NCBI GenBank assembly: GCA_051003195.1 | Contig: JBPCLP010000043.1 | Location: 38,914 to 102,913 of the forward strand | Reading direction: 5' to 3' | Length of the DNA: 64,000 nt | DNA from: Candidatus Sumerlaeaceae bacterium | GTDB lineage: Bacteria > Sumerlaeota > Sumerlaeia > Sumerlaeales > Sumerlaeaceae | Notes under the pieces: generated by a model | Databases searched by the model: none | Told to the model about the DNA's origin: nothing | The model's input: the letters and a program-made list of their open reading frames with translations, nothing else | Shown: in pieces, positions 10,301-19,921 of the stretch | Numbering within the stretch: position 1 is the first letter of the stretch | Layout of the letters: each line of letters begins with the position of its first letter | Program-made: the position numbers and the translations under genes

Positions 10301-10969
10301 GTGAAAGCGATTGAAAGTGTGCTGCTGGATTTTGATGGGACTTTGCTCGACAGTAACGGAGCACATGCGGTCGCGTGGAAGGAATACCTGAAAGCCGCAA
10401 CCGGTCTGGACCTTCCGGTTGGCCGTGTGGCACTTATGATTGGAATGGGTGGCGATAAGATTATCCGGCAACTTTTTGGCGACCGGCATTCTGATTCGCA
10501 GATAAAGAACATGACGGAAAAACGGGACGAGCATTACCTCAAGACTCAGATGACCCGCATGAAACCAGTCGCAGGGGCTGTGGAATTTACAGGTGAATTG
10601 GCAAGGCGTGGCTTCCAGGTGGCCATTGCAAGCTCAGCTCGGCACGAACTGCTGGACCCTGCTCTAAAACTGGTTCCGATCCAACCCTACGTAGTTGGCT
10701 TTTCCACGCCTGATGAAGCACCGCAGTCGAAGCCATCGCCGGACATTTTTCTTGCGGCGATGAAAAAGTTTTCATTCGACCCAAACCGCACTGCCGTCAT
10801 TGGGGATTCGCCCTACGACATGCAGGCTGGGCGCGACGCTGGTTGCAAGGCCCTGGTCGCCGTACTTTCTGGCCACTTCTCATCAGCAGACCTGAGTATT
10901 GCTGATGTAGTTTACAAAGATGTAGATGAGCTCCGTCGGCTCCTGGGTTCCAGTATCCTGATGCGCTGA
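10301..10969 (+). CDS. HAD-family hydrolase/phosphatase
   Basis: LLDFDGTLLDS motif I, IASSA, SKPSPD, VIGDSPYDM. GTG start is approximate. Confidence 0.9.
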   Translation: MKAIESVLLDFDGTLLDSNGAHAVAWKEYLKAATGLDLPVGRVALMIGMGGDKIIRQLFGDRHSDSQIKNMTEKRDEHYLKTQMTRMKPVAGAVEFTGELARRGFQVAIASSARHELLDPALKLVPIQPYVVGFSTPDEAPQSKPSPDIFLAAMKKFSFDPNRTAVIGDSPYDMQAGRDAGCKALVAVLSGHFSSADLSIADVVYKDVDELRRLLGSSILMR

Positions 10970-10978
10970 GCCCGGAAC

Positions 10979-13216
10979 TTACTCGGCAACCTGAGGTGTT
11001 GCAACGGACACCGGCCGCAACTGTTTCACCACCTGTACAATACCGTTTCGCTGGGCGGTAGTAATATCCCCCTCGCGACTGGCATAGATCACCAGCGTGC
11101 TACCCGTGGCAGGCTCCGGAATCAGCACGAGGATTAGATCTTCCCCGGCTTTTTTCAATTCGGCCATGCTGAAATTGGCGAGTTTTCGGACGCCTGCGCG
11201 CTTCCATCCTTCTTTTGTAAGGGAGGCCAGGATCGGCTCCAGGTTCACGGTCTTTCGGTCCCGCGCGATGCGCACGTATAGATTGTCGTTCTCGCTCAAA
11301 TTTACGATGCCTTCCTCCTCATCAGCGGCGCCATTCCAGTTCTCCGGCAAATCGATGGAGAGGCCGAGCTTTTGGCTGACAACTGTCGCATTCTGAGGCG
11401 CGGCGGCCGGCGCGGAGACCACTTCGGGAGTTAGAGTGGGCAATGGAGTTGTGACGGGTTGCGTCAGTACAGGTGTGACATTGGGCGCTACCGCCGCTGC
11501 GGGGGTGGTGACTCGGGTCGGTTCCGTCACAGGAGAAACAGCGGGTGTTGCCGGAGCAGGCGTGGCAGTTGGCCTGGGAAGTGCCCGTGATTTTGCAGTC
11601 GGGCTGGCCTGCGCAACCACGATCGGAGTAGCCGCAGCTTTAGGTGAAGCAGTCGCCACTGCTCGAGGTGTCAGTGCAGGCGTCGGGGTTGCAGGAAGCG
11701 CGACGTGAGAGGTCTTCACGTTCTTCACCAGAAGAGACTCCAGCAGCTCTGCGGGTAACTTCGCGAGGCGCGCATCCTGGGTCTCCAGAACCGCGAGCAC
11801 AGGAACTTCACCTTTGGGCTGGTGTAGCACGGCCATGCGCGCGAGGCCCGAACCCTTTGCCACATATGCCGTGAGATCGGTATTTGCAAACCGCCCCACG
11901 GCCGGTAGTTTCGCCGCGGACAGCCCGTCCTGGCTGAGGAGTTTCATAACCTTATGTTCCGTCACAGTCAACCCGCGGGCATAATCCACGGCAATATCTT
12001 TGTCTGGCGACTCAATTGAATACAGCGCATCCTGCTGCCGCAAGGCCCACCCGTCCGGCAATGCGATCGTGTAAAGCCCTACCTGATTTTGCTTCGGCGT
12101 TGCGGCGCGCAGTGCCGGGAGGTAATCGGCGATTATTGGTGCAGCGCCAGCCTGCGCCGGCAATTTGCTTTTTGGACGAGTCACCCACCAGGCGGCAGTT
12201 CCCGCGATCAGAACCATAACAGCCACAATCGGCCACAGCCCCAGGTTCCTGGGCTCGTCCTGGTTATGCAGACGATTATCGCGAGGAGGAGCGGACTTCG
12301 CCGCCGAGGCGAACAGATCCTCTTGTTGGCCGGGAGTTGCTGTTCCCAGGACTGGTTGATCGCCGATGGTCTCGGGCGACGCAGCCTGATGTGCCGCCGG
12401 ATAATAGGCTCGCAGATTAGGATAAATAACGCCTGCTGTCTTCGCGCGGAAGCGCGACTGCGGCCCTCCATCACCCAGCATGATAACATCGCCGTCATTC
12501 AGCTCGGTGGATCCTTCAACCAATTCGCCATTCACATAAGTGCCGTTGCGGCTCGTGTCCGTGATAATGAAGGCGCCATCTTCAAAAACAATGCTGCAAT
12601 GGTTGCCGGAAATTATCATGTCTCCCCGGGGGTCGAGCGGAATCTCCAGCTCTGTTCGCCTGCCAATGCGTGTTACTCCACTGCCCGAAACCGTAAACGT
12701 TTTGCCTGAGTCGGAGCCGGAAAAGAACTGCACCTGCGCGTCCTCAGCCGTCAGCGTCGGGACAGGTTGATATCCAGGCAGCGGAGGCCCAATGCGAAAA
12801 ATCAGCTCTGGCCCGGAACGGCCGAAACGCACATAGTCCTCCGGAAGCAGAGCCTGACGTTCCTTAAGCTTCTGGCCATTAACAAAAGTGCCGCTCCGGG
12901 TCCCGAGATCGTACAGCATCCATTTGTCGGCTTCTTCCAGGATAAGTTCAGCGTGCTGGGAAGCCACGTCCTCATACGCTGGCTCCACCTGGAAATCACA
13001 GTTGGATGCTTTGCCAATCGTCACCCGTGCCGAGTTAAAGCCTTCGGCCTGGCCGGCGCGCGGACCGCTGAAAAACACGAAATGGCATTGAGGGGTTGGT
13101 TCCACGATCAGTCTATCAGTTCTCCGGGCGTTTCGCGATTGGTAGTAAGTCCAAATTTGCGAATGTATGGCACGTTCTAACGCCGCATCACAGGATAGAG
13201 CAGGGAGGCGAATCAA
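10979..13216 (-). CDS. Membrane protein with two FHA domains, one TM helix and a Pro/Thr/Ala-rich extracytoplasmic region
   Basis: FHA1 (TIGK...ASQHA...DLGTRSGTFVNG), FHA2 (RIGR...ISGNHC...DTSRNGTYVNG), TM LWPIVAVMVLIAGTAAWWV. True start may be GTG 13105. Confidence 0.85.
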   Translation of the reverse strand: MIRLPALSCDAALERAIHSQIWTYYQSRNARRTDRLIVEPTPQCHFVFFSGPRAGQAEGFNSARVTIGKASNCDFQVEPAYEDVASQHAELILEEADKWMLYDLGTRSGTFVNGQKLKERQALLPEDYVRFGRSGPELIFRIGPPLPGYQPVPTLTAEDAQVQFFSGSDSGKTFTVSGSGVTRIGRRTELEIPLDPRGDMIISGNHCSIVFEDGAFIITDTSRNGTYVNGELVEGSTELNDGDVIMLGDGGPQSRFRAKTAGVIYPNLRAYYPAAHQAASPETIGDQPVLGTATPGQQEDLFASAAKSAPPRDNRLHNQDEPRNLGLWPIVAVMVLIAGTAAWWVTRPKSKLPAQAGAAPIIADYLPALRAATPKQNQVGLYTIALPDGWALRQQDALYSIESPDKDIAVDYARGLTVTEHKVMKLLSQDGLSAAKLPAVGRFANTDLTAYVAKGSGLARMAVLHQPKGEVPVLAVLETQDARLAKLPAELLESLLVKNVKTSHVALPATPTPALTPRAVATASPKAAATPIVVAQASPTAKSRALPRPTATPAPATPAVSPVTEPTRVTTPAAAVAPNVTPVLTQPVTTPLPTLTPEVVSAPAAAPQNATVVSQKLGLSIDLPENWNGAADEEEGIVNLSENDNLYVRIARDRKTVNLEPILASLTKEGWKRAGVRKLANFSMAELKKAGEDLILVLIPEPATGSTLVIYASREGDITTAQRNGIVQVVKQLRPVSVATPQVAE

Positions 13217-13362
13217 CTAATTTAGCTTCCTCAAAGACTGGGAACAGATGCAGGAGGAAACCGGCGCGACTTATCTGCGGGATTCCTCCAAAGCACGGAC
13301 GTTCACCGGCGTTCTGCTTTTTGGCTTGGAACCTGTAAGACGCGCACTCAGCATGCCGTACG

Positions 13363-15522
13363 ATGGACAATGAAAGCCGCAGAATTCGCGTCGGAATTGA
13401 CGTCGGTGGAACATTCACCCACGCCGTAGCGATCGACGCCTCCACATTTGAGATCGCGGCAGAGACCAAGGTACCCACAACGCATCGCGATCCCCGGGGT
13501 GTTGCAGCCGGAATTGTGGAATCGCTGTTCAAGCTGCTGGCGGAAGGGCATATTGATCCTGATGAGATCATCCTGATCGCGCATTCGACCACCCAGGCGA
13601 CGAATGCACTGCTGGAGGGAGACGTCGCGCCGGTCGGAATTCTTGGAATGGCTGCTGGCATGGGCCGTCGTCGTGCACGATCCCAGACGCGGATTGGTGA
13701 CATCGAGCTGGCGCCCGGCCGGTTCCTGCAAACGCACCACGTGTTTCTCGACGTGACACGCGGTGCGACGCTGGAGGATGTAGAACAACCCGTGCAGGAC
13801 CTGCTGGCAATGGGTGCGCGAGTGATTGTTGCAACATGCTCCTTCAGCGTGGAAGATCCTCAATACGAAGACCTGGTCGCCAGTTATTGCCGCCAGAACG
13901 ACATTCTTGTTACGACTGGCTACGAAATCAGCCAGCTATATGGCCTGCGGGCTCGCACACGAACCGCGGTAATCAACGCAAGCATGCTGCCGAAGATGCT
14001 CGAGACGGCGAATATGACGGAAAGCAGTGTGCGTGAAGCCGGCATAACCGCACCGCTTATGATCATGCGTAGCGATGGCGGCATCATGGACATTGAGCAG
14101 ATGCGCCGCCGGCCGATCCTGACGATGCTGAGCGGCCCAGCGGCCGGTGTGGCGGCAGCACTGATGTACGCGCGCATCACCGACGGTATTTTCCTGGAGG
14201 TGGGTGGCACGTCCACCGACATCAGTGCAATCCGAAATGGCAGGAGCCTCGTCAAAAGCGCGACGGTTGGCGGACATCGATTATACGTTCGGACGCTGGA
14301 TGTACGGACCCTGGGCGTCGCGGGCGGCAGCGTGCCGCGCGTCGATCATTCTCACATCGTCGACGTCGGCCCCCGAAGTGCGCACATTGCAGATGTCCAC
14401 TACTCGGTGTTCGAAGATGGTTTGAAGCCGGAGGAGATCAGCACCGAGGTGTTTCAGCCGCGCAATGCAGATCCATTGGACTACGTACGGCAATCCGCCC
14501 CTGGACACGAGCCATTTTCGGTCACCCCGACGTGCGCGTCCAACGTGTTGGGACTTGTTGCATCGGGCGATACTGCGGAAGGCTCCCGCGACAGCGCTGC
14601 CGCGGCATTTGCCGCGCTCGCTCGATATCTTGGCCGCGACGACGGACCTGCAGTCGCAGAGGAAATGATGGAGCGCGCGACGCGTAGCGTGATGAAAACC
14701 GTCCAGGAGATGATCGAAGACTATGAGCTGGACCCGCAGCTTCTAACGCTGAGCGGCGGCGGAGGGGGTGCTTCAGCGATCGTCCCATACACCGCAAATC
14801 GAATGGGGCTACCTTTTGAGATCGCCAGGAACGCCGCAGTTATCTCCGCTATCGGCGCCGCGTTGGCGCTGGTGCGTGATTCCATTGAAAAAACGGTCAT
14901 GAATCCGACGGACGCGGACGTGCTCAAAATTCGAAAGGAAGCCGAAGAGGCTGTGGTTCGAATGGGAGCGAATCCTCAATCCGTCGAAGTTCAAATTGAG
15001 ATCGACCCGCAGAAAAATATCCTTCGCGCCAGTGCCACCGGCACTACCGAGCTGCGAACTCGCGAGTTGGGCAAAGAAGCCTTGAGCGAGTCGGAGCAAA
15101 AGCTGCGCGTCGAACAAAGTGTGCGCGGCAGCATTGACGCAATTCAGCCGGTAATGCAGAACGGTGGCCTGACCATCTACCAGGTAAATACCAGTAGCCG
15201 TCATTTAGCAGGCCTTTTCACCCGCCGGTTACAGCAATACCGTGTGATCGATGCCGAGGGTATCGTTCGGTTGCAGTTGCGAAACGGCGATTGCCTCGCC
15301 GGCACAAAACGCCAGGTCAGCGGGGGGCTGAAGGAGTTCTTTGAAAAGCATACGATCTACGGTGACGCAGGCCGGGAACTGCCCGACCTGTTTATCGTCT
15401 ACCGTGGCAGGGTGCTCGACATGTCTGGCCTGGTCAACATGGACCAGATCCTCTCACTGCTTCAGATCGAGCTGAACAATGTTGGGGACGAGGAAGCGAT
15501 TGCCGCCCTCATCAGACGGTGA
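13363..15522 (+). CDS. Hydantoinase/oxoprolinase family protein (A-subunit-like)
   Basis: VGIDVGGTFTHAV, AHSTTQATNALLEG, IMRSDGG, LSGPAAG, EVGGTSTDI. Confidence 0.88.
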   Translation: MDNESRRIRVGIDVGGTFTHAVAIDASTFEIAAETKVPTTHRDPRGVAAGIVESLFKLLAEGHIDPDEIILIAHSTTQATNALLEGDVAPVGILGMAAGMGRRRARSQTRIGDIELAPGRFLQTHHVFLDVTRGATLEDVEQPVQDLLAMGARVIVATCSFSVEDPQYEDLVASYCRQNDILVTTGYEISQLYGLRARTRTAVINASMLPKMLETANMTESSVREAGITAPLMIMRSDGGIMDIEQMRRRPILTMLSGPAAGVAAALMYARITDGIFLEVGGTSTDISAIRNGRSLVKSATVGGHRLYVRTLDVRTLGVAGGSVPRVDHSHIVDVGPRSAHIADVHYSVFEDGLKPEEISTEVFQPRNADPLDYVRQSAPGHEPFSVTPTCASNVLGLVASGDTAEGSRDSAAAAFAALARYLGRDDGPAVAEEMMERATRSVMKTVQEMIEDYELDPQLLTLSGGGGGASAIVPYTANRMGLPFEIARNAAVISAIGAALALVRDSIEKTVMNPTDADVLKIRKEAEEAVVRMGANPQSVEVQIEIDPQKNILRASATGTTELRTRELGKEALSESEQKLRVEQSVRGSIDAIQPVMQNGGLTIYQVNTSSRHLAGLFTRRLQQYRVIDAEGIVRLQLRNGDCLAGTKRQVSGGLKEFFEKHTIYGDAGRELPDLFIVYRGRVLDMSGLVNMDQILSLLQIELNNVGDEEAIAALIRR

Positions 15523-17238
15523 TCAGGGTAATGGGCCCGACACCGCTACGTTGTCAGCCTCATTATTTTCGGCCACAACGTTCGTTGAATCCACAACGCC
15601 CAGCAGATAGAGTCCTGATGCGGACTGGCCCGTTGGCAGTTTTCCCTTAAGCTTCAGCGTCTTGGTTGCGCCAACCTTGAGTGGCTTCAGTTTCAGTGTC
15701 TTGCCAATGGTCGTATCCGTGGAGTCAAAGGTGCCGTCGGTCGATAGATAGAAATTCACGGCGGCCGTTGCCGTAACGGGGACATTCCCGGAATTGCCCA
15801 CCGCGAGAGTGCCCTTAACAGAGTATTTCAGGGTGGGACCTGCGCCCTTTAGCTTCGGTGTAACTGTTCCCCACGTATCGATCAGGTTTACAAACGGGGG
15901 CACGAATTCGTCGGCGCCAATATCCCAGCGGGAACCGTCCCCGCCGGCAATTGCTGTTCCGACCGTACCGCGGATATCGCCTTCAAAATCTATCAGCACC
16001 AGTGCGAGCGATGTACCTGCATCAATGCACGGCGAGCCGGCCTGCAGGTGCATATCGCCATTAACAGCGTCGACAACCTGCGGCGGTAACAGGATATTGC
16101 CGGTGCCCCCGCCCGACCAGTTCTGCACACAGCAGAAGTTCGGTGGGTTTGGACCAGTGATCTGAGGATTAATTGGCGAGTTATCCCAGATGATGCAGTT
16201 AACAGGCGAAGAGCAGTTCAGCATGCCACCCGATGAAACGATTGCCAGATTTCCGAAGATCGTATTGTTGAAAATGTTACCGGTACAATTGCTTAGCCCG
16301 CCGCCCAGCCGCGCCCCGTTCGAGAACACCACGTTGTTTATGATGTCGTTGGTGCAGTTATCGAGCCCGCCGCCTCTGCCGTTGCCCGCGTTTTCAGCTA
16401 TGTAATTGCCGGTGATTCGCCCCGAGCAGTTGCATAAGCCTGCTCCGAAGCTGCCGGGTGAAGCCGTGCTGCCGGTCACGGTGACCTGGTTGCTGGTGAT
16501 CGTGTTCCCGGCGATGTCCATACTCACATTGTAAACGCCGCCGCCATGAACTGCAGCCGTGTTCAAAGTGATTGTATTAAAGATGAGGCTGCCCGTTGTC
16601 AGATTTGCCACACCACCACCGTCCGTCCCGGCAGTGTTGGAAGAGATGAGGTTGCTCTGGATGGTTCCGATGGAGTTGTAGATTCCGCCACCGGCACTTG
16701 TTGCCTCATTCAGTCCGATTGTATTTGCCAGCAGAATTCCCTCAGAAGCCGCGACACCGCCGCCATTGGCTGCCTCATTACTGAGGATCTGGCAACCCTG
16801 CATCAGCCCCGAAAACCCGTAGATCCCGCCTCCACTGCCAGTCGCCTTGTTGTTCCTGATGATACAATTTTTTATAGTGGCGATCGTGAAGTTACCTTTT
16901 ATGCCGCCGCCGTTTGAGTTTAAGCCATTTTGAATGGTGATTCCGCTAAGCTGCGCGGTGGAAGGCTCAGTGCCAGCGAATGTCACAACGGGTCCGCCCG
17001 CGCCACCGTCAATAATCGCTCCCTGATCCGTATAGGCTTTCACGGTGATATCTTTGCCGTTAAAGCTGATCCGTTCATTGAAAGTTGTCGGTTGAAGAAG
17101 AACGCGGTCGCCACTGAAGCTCGCGTTGATAGCTGCTTGTATTGTAGGGTAGGCAAACGGAACGATTCGATCCGTTGCGAATGCAGCCGCACTAACGGCC
17201 AGAAAGCTGAACGAGAGCAGGTACTTAGAGCAGTTCAT
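15523..17238 (-). CDS. Secreted right-handed beta-helix (Pmp/pectate-lyase-like) protein with C-terminal CARDB/Ig-like domain
   Basis: Signal peptide; YPTIQAAINA; repeated N.A..GGG(I/L) motifs; DMHLQAGSPCIDAG...DIGADEF; C-terminal FYLSTD...VVDSTNVVAENNEADN. Confidence 0.8.
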   Translation of the reverse strand: MNCSKYLLSFSFLAVSAAAFATDRIVPFAYPTIQAAINASFSGDRVLLQPTTFNERISFNGKDITVKAYTDQGAIIDGGAGGPVVTFAGTEPSTAQLSGITIQNGLNSNGGGIKGNFTIATIKNCIIRNNKATGSGGGIYGFSGLMQGCQILSNEAANGGGVAASEGILLANTIGLNEATSAGGGIYNSIGTIQSNLISSNTAGTDGGGVANLTTGSLIFNTITLNTAAVHGGGVYNVSMDIAGNTITSNQVTVTGSTASPGSFGAGLCNCSGRITGNYIAENAGNGRGGGLDNCTNDIINNVVFSNGARLGGGLSNCTGNIFNNTIFGNLAIVSSGGMLNCSSPVNCIIWDNSPINPQITGPNPPNFCCVQNWSGGGTGNILLPPQVVDAVNGDMHLQAGSPCIDAGTSLALVLIDFEGDIRGTVGTAIAGGDGSRWDIGADEFVPPFVNLIDTWGTVTPKLKGAGPTLKYSVKGTLAVGNSGNVPVTATAAVNFYLSTDGTFDSTDTTIGKTLKLKPLKVGATKTLKLKGKLPTGQSASGLYLLGVVDSTNVVAENNEADNVAVSGPLP

Positions 17239-17329
17239 GCATTATCCTATCTGGTTTTAGCACGATACATAATCGTGCGGAGTTCACGCTTTTTCCCCTG
17301 ATTGTGGAAGTATAGGACAAAAAACGCGC

Positions 17330-18802
17330 CTAGTTACGGGATTCCTTCAAGCGATCGATAGCCGTGTCTATTTGCGCTTCAAGTCCGTACTTCTGAATGC
17401 GATATCCGAGCGTCCGACGCGTAATACCCAGGTGTGCCGCCGCGCGTGTATGGTTGTAGCGCGTTTTTTCGAGAGCACTGAGGATGCAGCGCTTCTCAAT
17501 TTCTTCCAGGTGCATGTGCTCGCCGGTGGCGCCACTGCCTGCAGGTGCGGAGCCGATGCCACGCGCCCATTCGAAATTCTGGATCTGGAAAGGCAAATCA
17601 GTGACGTGGATGGTGGCGCCATCGCTGAGCACCACGGCGTGCTCAATAGCATTCTCCAGTTCTCGTATATTGCCCGGGTAATCGTACCGCATGAGCAGAG
17701 CCTGTGCATCCGGTGAAAGTGTCTTGGGTGAACCCGCCGCCGTGAATCGCCGGAGGAAATGCTGGATCAGTGGCTGCAGATCACCGGGGCGCTCGCGCAG
17801 CGGCGGAAGGGTGATTGGGATGACGTTCAGTCGATAATAAAGATCCTGCCGGAACTCTCCGCGCGCCACGGCATCCTCAAGATTTCGATTGGTAGCCGCA
17901 ATGACACGCACGTCTACTTTGTGCTGCACGCTTTCTCCAACCCTCTGCACTTCGCCCTCCTGGAGCACACGCAGCAGTTTAACCTGCAGATGAAGCGGCA
18001 GTTCTCCAATTTCATCCAGGAAAATACTGCCTCCATTCGCAGACTCGAACATACCTTTTCGGTTCTCGTTTGCGCCGGTAAAGCTGCCCTTCAGGTGACC
18101 AAACAACTCGCTCTCCATCAGGGATTCCGGGATCGCGCCGCAGTTGATAATGACAAGCGGAGCCGCCTTGCGCGCGCTGAGAGAATGAATCGCACGGGCC
18201 AGAACTTCTTTTCCCGTTCCACTCTCTCCGCGTAACAAAACGCTCGCATTGCTCGCCGCCACTTTGCGTGTCCGGGTCAAAACATCCTGCATCTGCGTGC
18301 TGCCGGCAACGATACCTTTCAACGCTTCAGGTGTGGCGCCGGTGTTCTGCACCGCAGGAGTGCTGCCGGTTGGCGTCGCTGTAAGGCTGCCTGCGTATTC
18401 CTTCAACTCGTGATGCGAGGGTGTTTCCTCTTCGCGATCTGTTCTGCTCTGTTCGATTCTTTTTATGAGCGCCTTCAGCTCCTCGATTGCGAACGGCTTG
18501 ATGAGGTAGTCGATGGCGCCCTTCTTCATCGATTCGACGGCCGTCTGCGGTGTCGCGAACGCAGTCATCATGACAAAGTCCATTGCCGGGTTCACTCGCT
18601 TCGCGCGCTCGAGCACATCGATGCCACTCATTTCCGGCATGCGCAGATCGCACAGCACGATATCAAAACCGCGATCGTTCAGCTTTTCCAGTGCCGTTGC
18701 AGGACTGTCTGTCCAGTCGACATCATAGCCGTCGCGCGCAAGCATGCGCGCGAGTACTCCGCTCATTTTCGGCTCATCGTCGACGATCAGGAGACTAGTC
18801 AT
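17330..18802 (-). CDS. Sigma-54-dependent response regulator (NtrC/AtoC family)
   Basis: Receiver domain, Walker A GESGTGKE, ESELFGH.KGSFTGA, FLDEIGE, RVIAATN, YPGNIRELEN, Fis-type HTH. Confidence 0.95.
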   Translation of the reverse strand: MTSLLIVDDEPKMSGVLARMLARDGYDVDWTDSPATALEKLNDRGFDIVLCDLRMPEMSGIDVLERAKRVNPAMDFVMMTAFATPQTAVESMKKGAIDYLIKPFAIEELKALIKRIEQSRTDREEETPSHHELKEYAGSLTATPTGSTPAVQNTGATPEALKGIVAGSTQMQDVLTRTRKVAASNASVLLRGESGTGKEVLARAIHSLSARKAAPLVIINCGAIPESLMESELFGHLKGSFTGANENRKGMFESANGGSIFLDEIGELPLHLQVKLLRVLQEGEVQRVGESVQHKVDVRVIAATNRNLEDAVARGEFRQDLYYRLNVIPITLPPLRERPGDLQPLIQHFLRRFTAAGSPKTLSPDAQALLMRYDYPGNIRELENAIEHAVVLSDGATIHVTDLPFQIQNFEWARGIGSAPAGSGATGEHMHLEEIEKRCILSALEKTRYNHTRAAAHLGITRRTLGYRIQKYGLEAQIDTAIDRLKESRN

Positions 18803-18917
18803 GGCGTGAAGGCTACAACGGGATATAATTGCACTTCAAGAGGGAACCTGAATTTCAGGTTGGAGCCGATGCGGCTGCCCTGGGGCACTACTTTACCGAC
18901 GCTCGAGCAGAAAGGTA

Positions 18918-19853
18918 GTGAACACCGGCTGTCGCCTGGACGTATGTGCCCCAATGCAAAACGTTTATCGGAGTGGCGTGAAACTGCTGCGCGTAGCGTC
19001 CCTGTTTGTTTGCGCGAACTTGTGCGTGCTTTCCTCTGCCGCCATTCGTGTCGATAAGGATGTGGTGTTTGCCACGGTATCCGGCGAGGAGTTGAAGCTC
19101 GACCTTTACTGGCCGGAAAACGACACTACTTCGCATGCAGTGGTGTTGATGTTTCATGGTGGCGGATGGGCCGCCGGAGACAAGTCGCATCACACGGTTG
19201 TGGGCCCGCTGGTGGCGGAAGCTGGATACCTGGCCATCAGCGCAAACTATCGCCTCTCGCCAAAACACAAATATCCGGCGGGCGTACAGGACTGCCAGGC
19301 TGCATTGAAATGGGTGCGCGCAAACGCCGCAGAATATCGGGGTGACGCACGGCGACTTGCATTGATGGGGGAGTCCGCGGGCGGGCATCTCAGCTCGTTG
19401 CTGGGCCTGTGGGACTGGACAACCAGTGGTCCATCACAGGGCGCAAGCGATGACATGAAGGTTCGTGCCGTGGTGAACATCTACGGCCCATGCGACCTGT
19501 CTGCTTTCAACGGCACACAATTTTGCGAGGACCTCGCGACAAACTTTCTCGGGGGTACTACCGAAACTATTCCCTCACTTTATCGCGAAGCTTCACCCAT
19601 TCACCTCCTTGATCAAGCGGGTGTGGTCGACAAGCCGGGTCCTGCATTCCTGCACGTGCATGGGACAGCGGATGCACTCGTGCCGGTGGACCAGAGTCGC
19701 CGGTTTCATGCCAGGCTGAAGGAGCTGGGGTTCGACTCAACACTCGTTATACTCGAAGGTGCGAACCACGGCTGGAAGCCGGATAGTGAGGAAGGCAAAC
19801 GCGCGGGGAAAGCTGCGGTGGAGATTTTGGACAGGAAGCTAAAGGCACCGTAA
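18918..19853 (+). CDS. Alpha/beta hydrolase (acetyl esterase/lipase, HSL-like)
   Basis: FHGGGW, SANYRLSP, GESAG nucleophile, HGTADALVP, GANHG. Start uncertain. Confidence 0.9.
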   Translation: MNTGCRLDVCAPMQNVYRSGVKLLRVASLFVCANLCVLSSAAIRVDKDVVFATVSGEELKLDLYWPENDTTSHAVVLMFHGGGWAAGDKSHHTVVGPLVAEAGYLAISANYRLSPKHKYPAGVQDCQAALKWVRANAAEYRGDARRLALMGESAGGHLSSLLGLWDWTTSGPSQGASDDMKVRAVVNIYGPCDLSAFNGTQFCEDLATNFLGGTTETIPSLYREASPIHLLDQAGVVDKPGPAFLHVHGTADALVPVDQSRRFHARLKELGFDSTLVILEGANHGWKPDSEEGKRAGKAAVEILDRKLKAP

Positions 19854-19921
19854 TAATTTACAGGAGGAACACAGAGGTGCGTGTTTGTTGGTTTTCTGGA
19901 GTTTGCTGCTACCCGTGAGTT

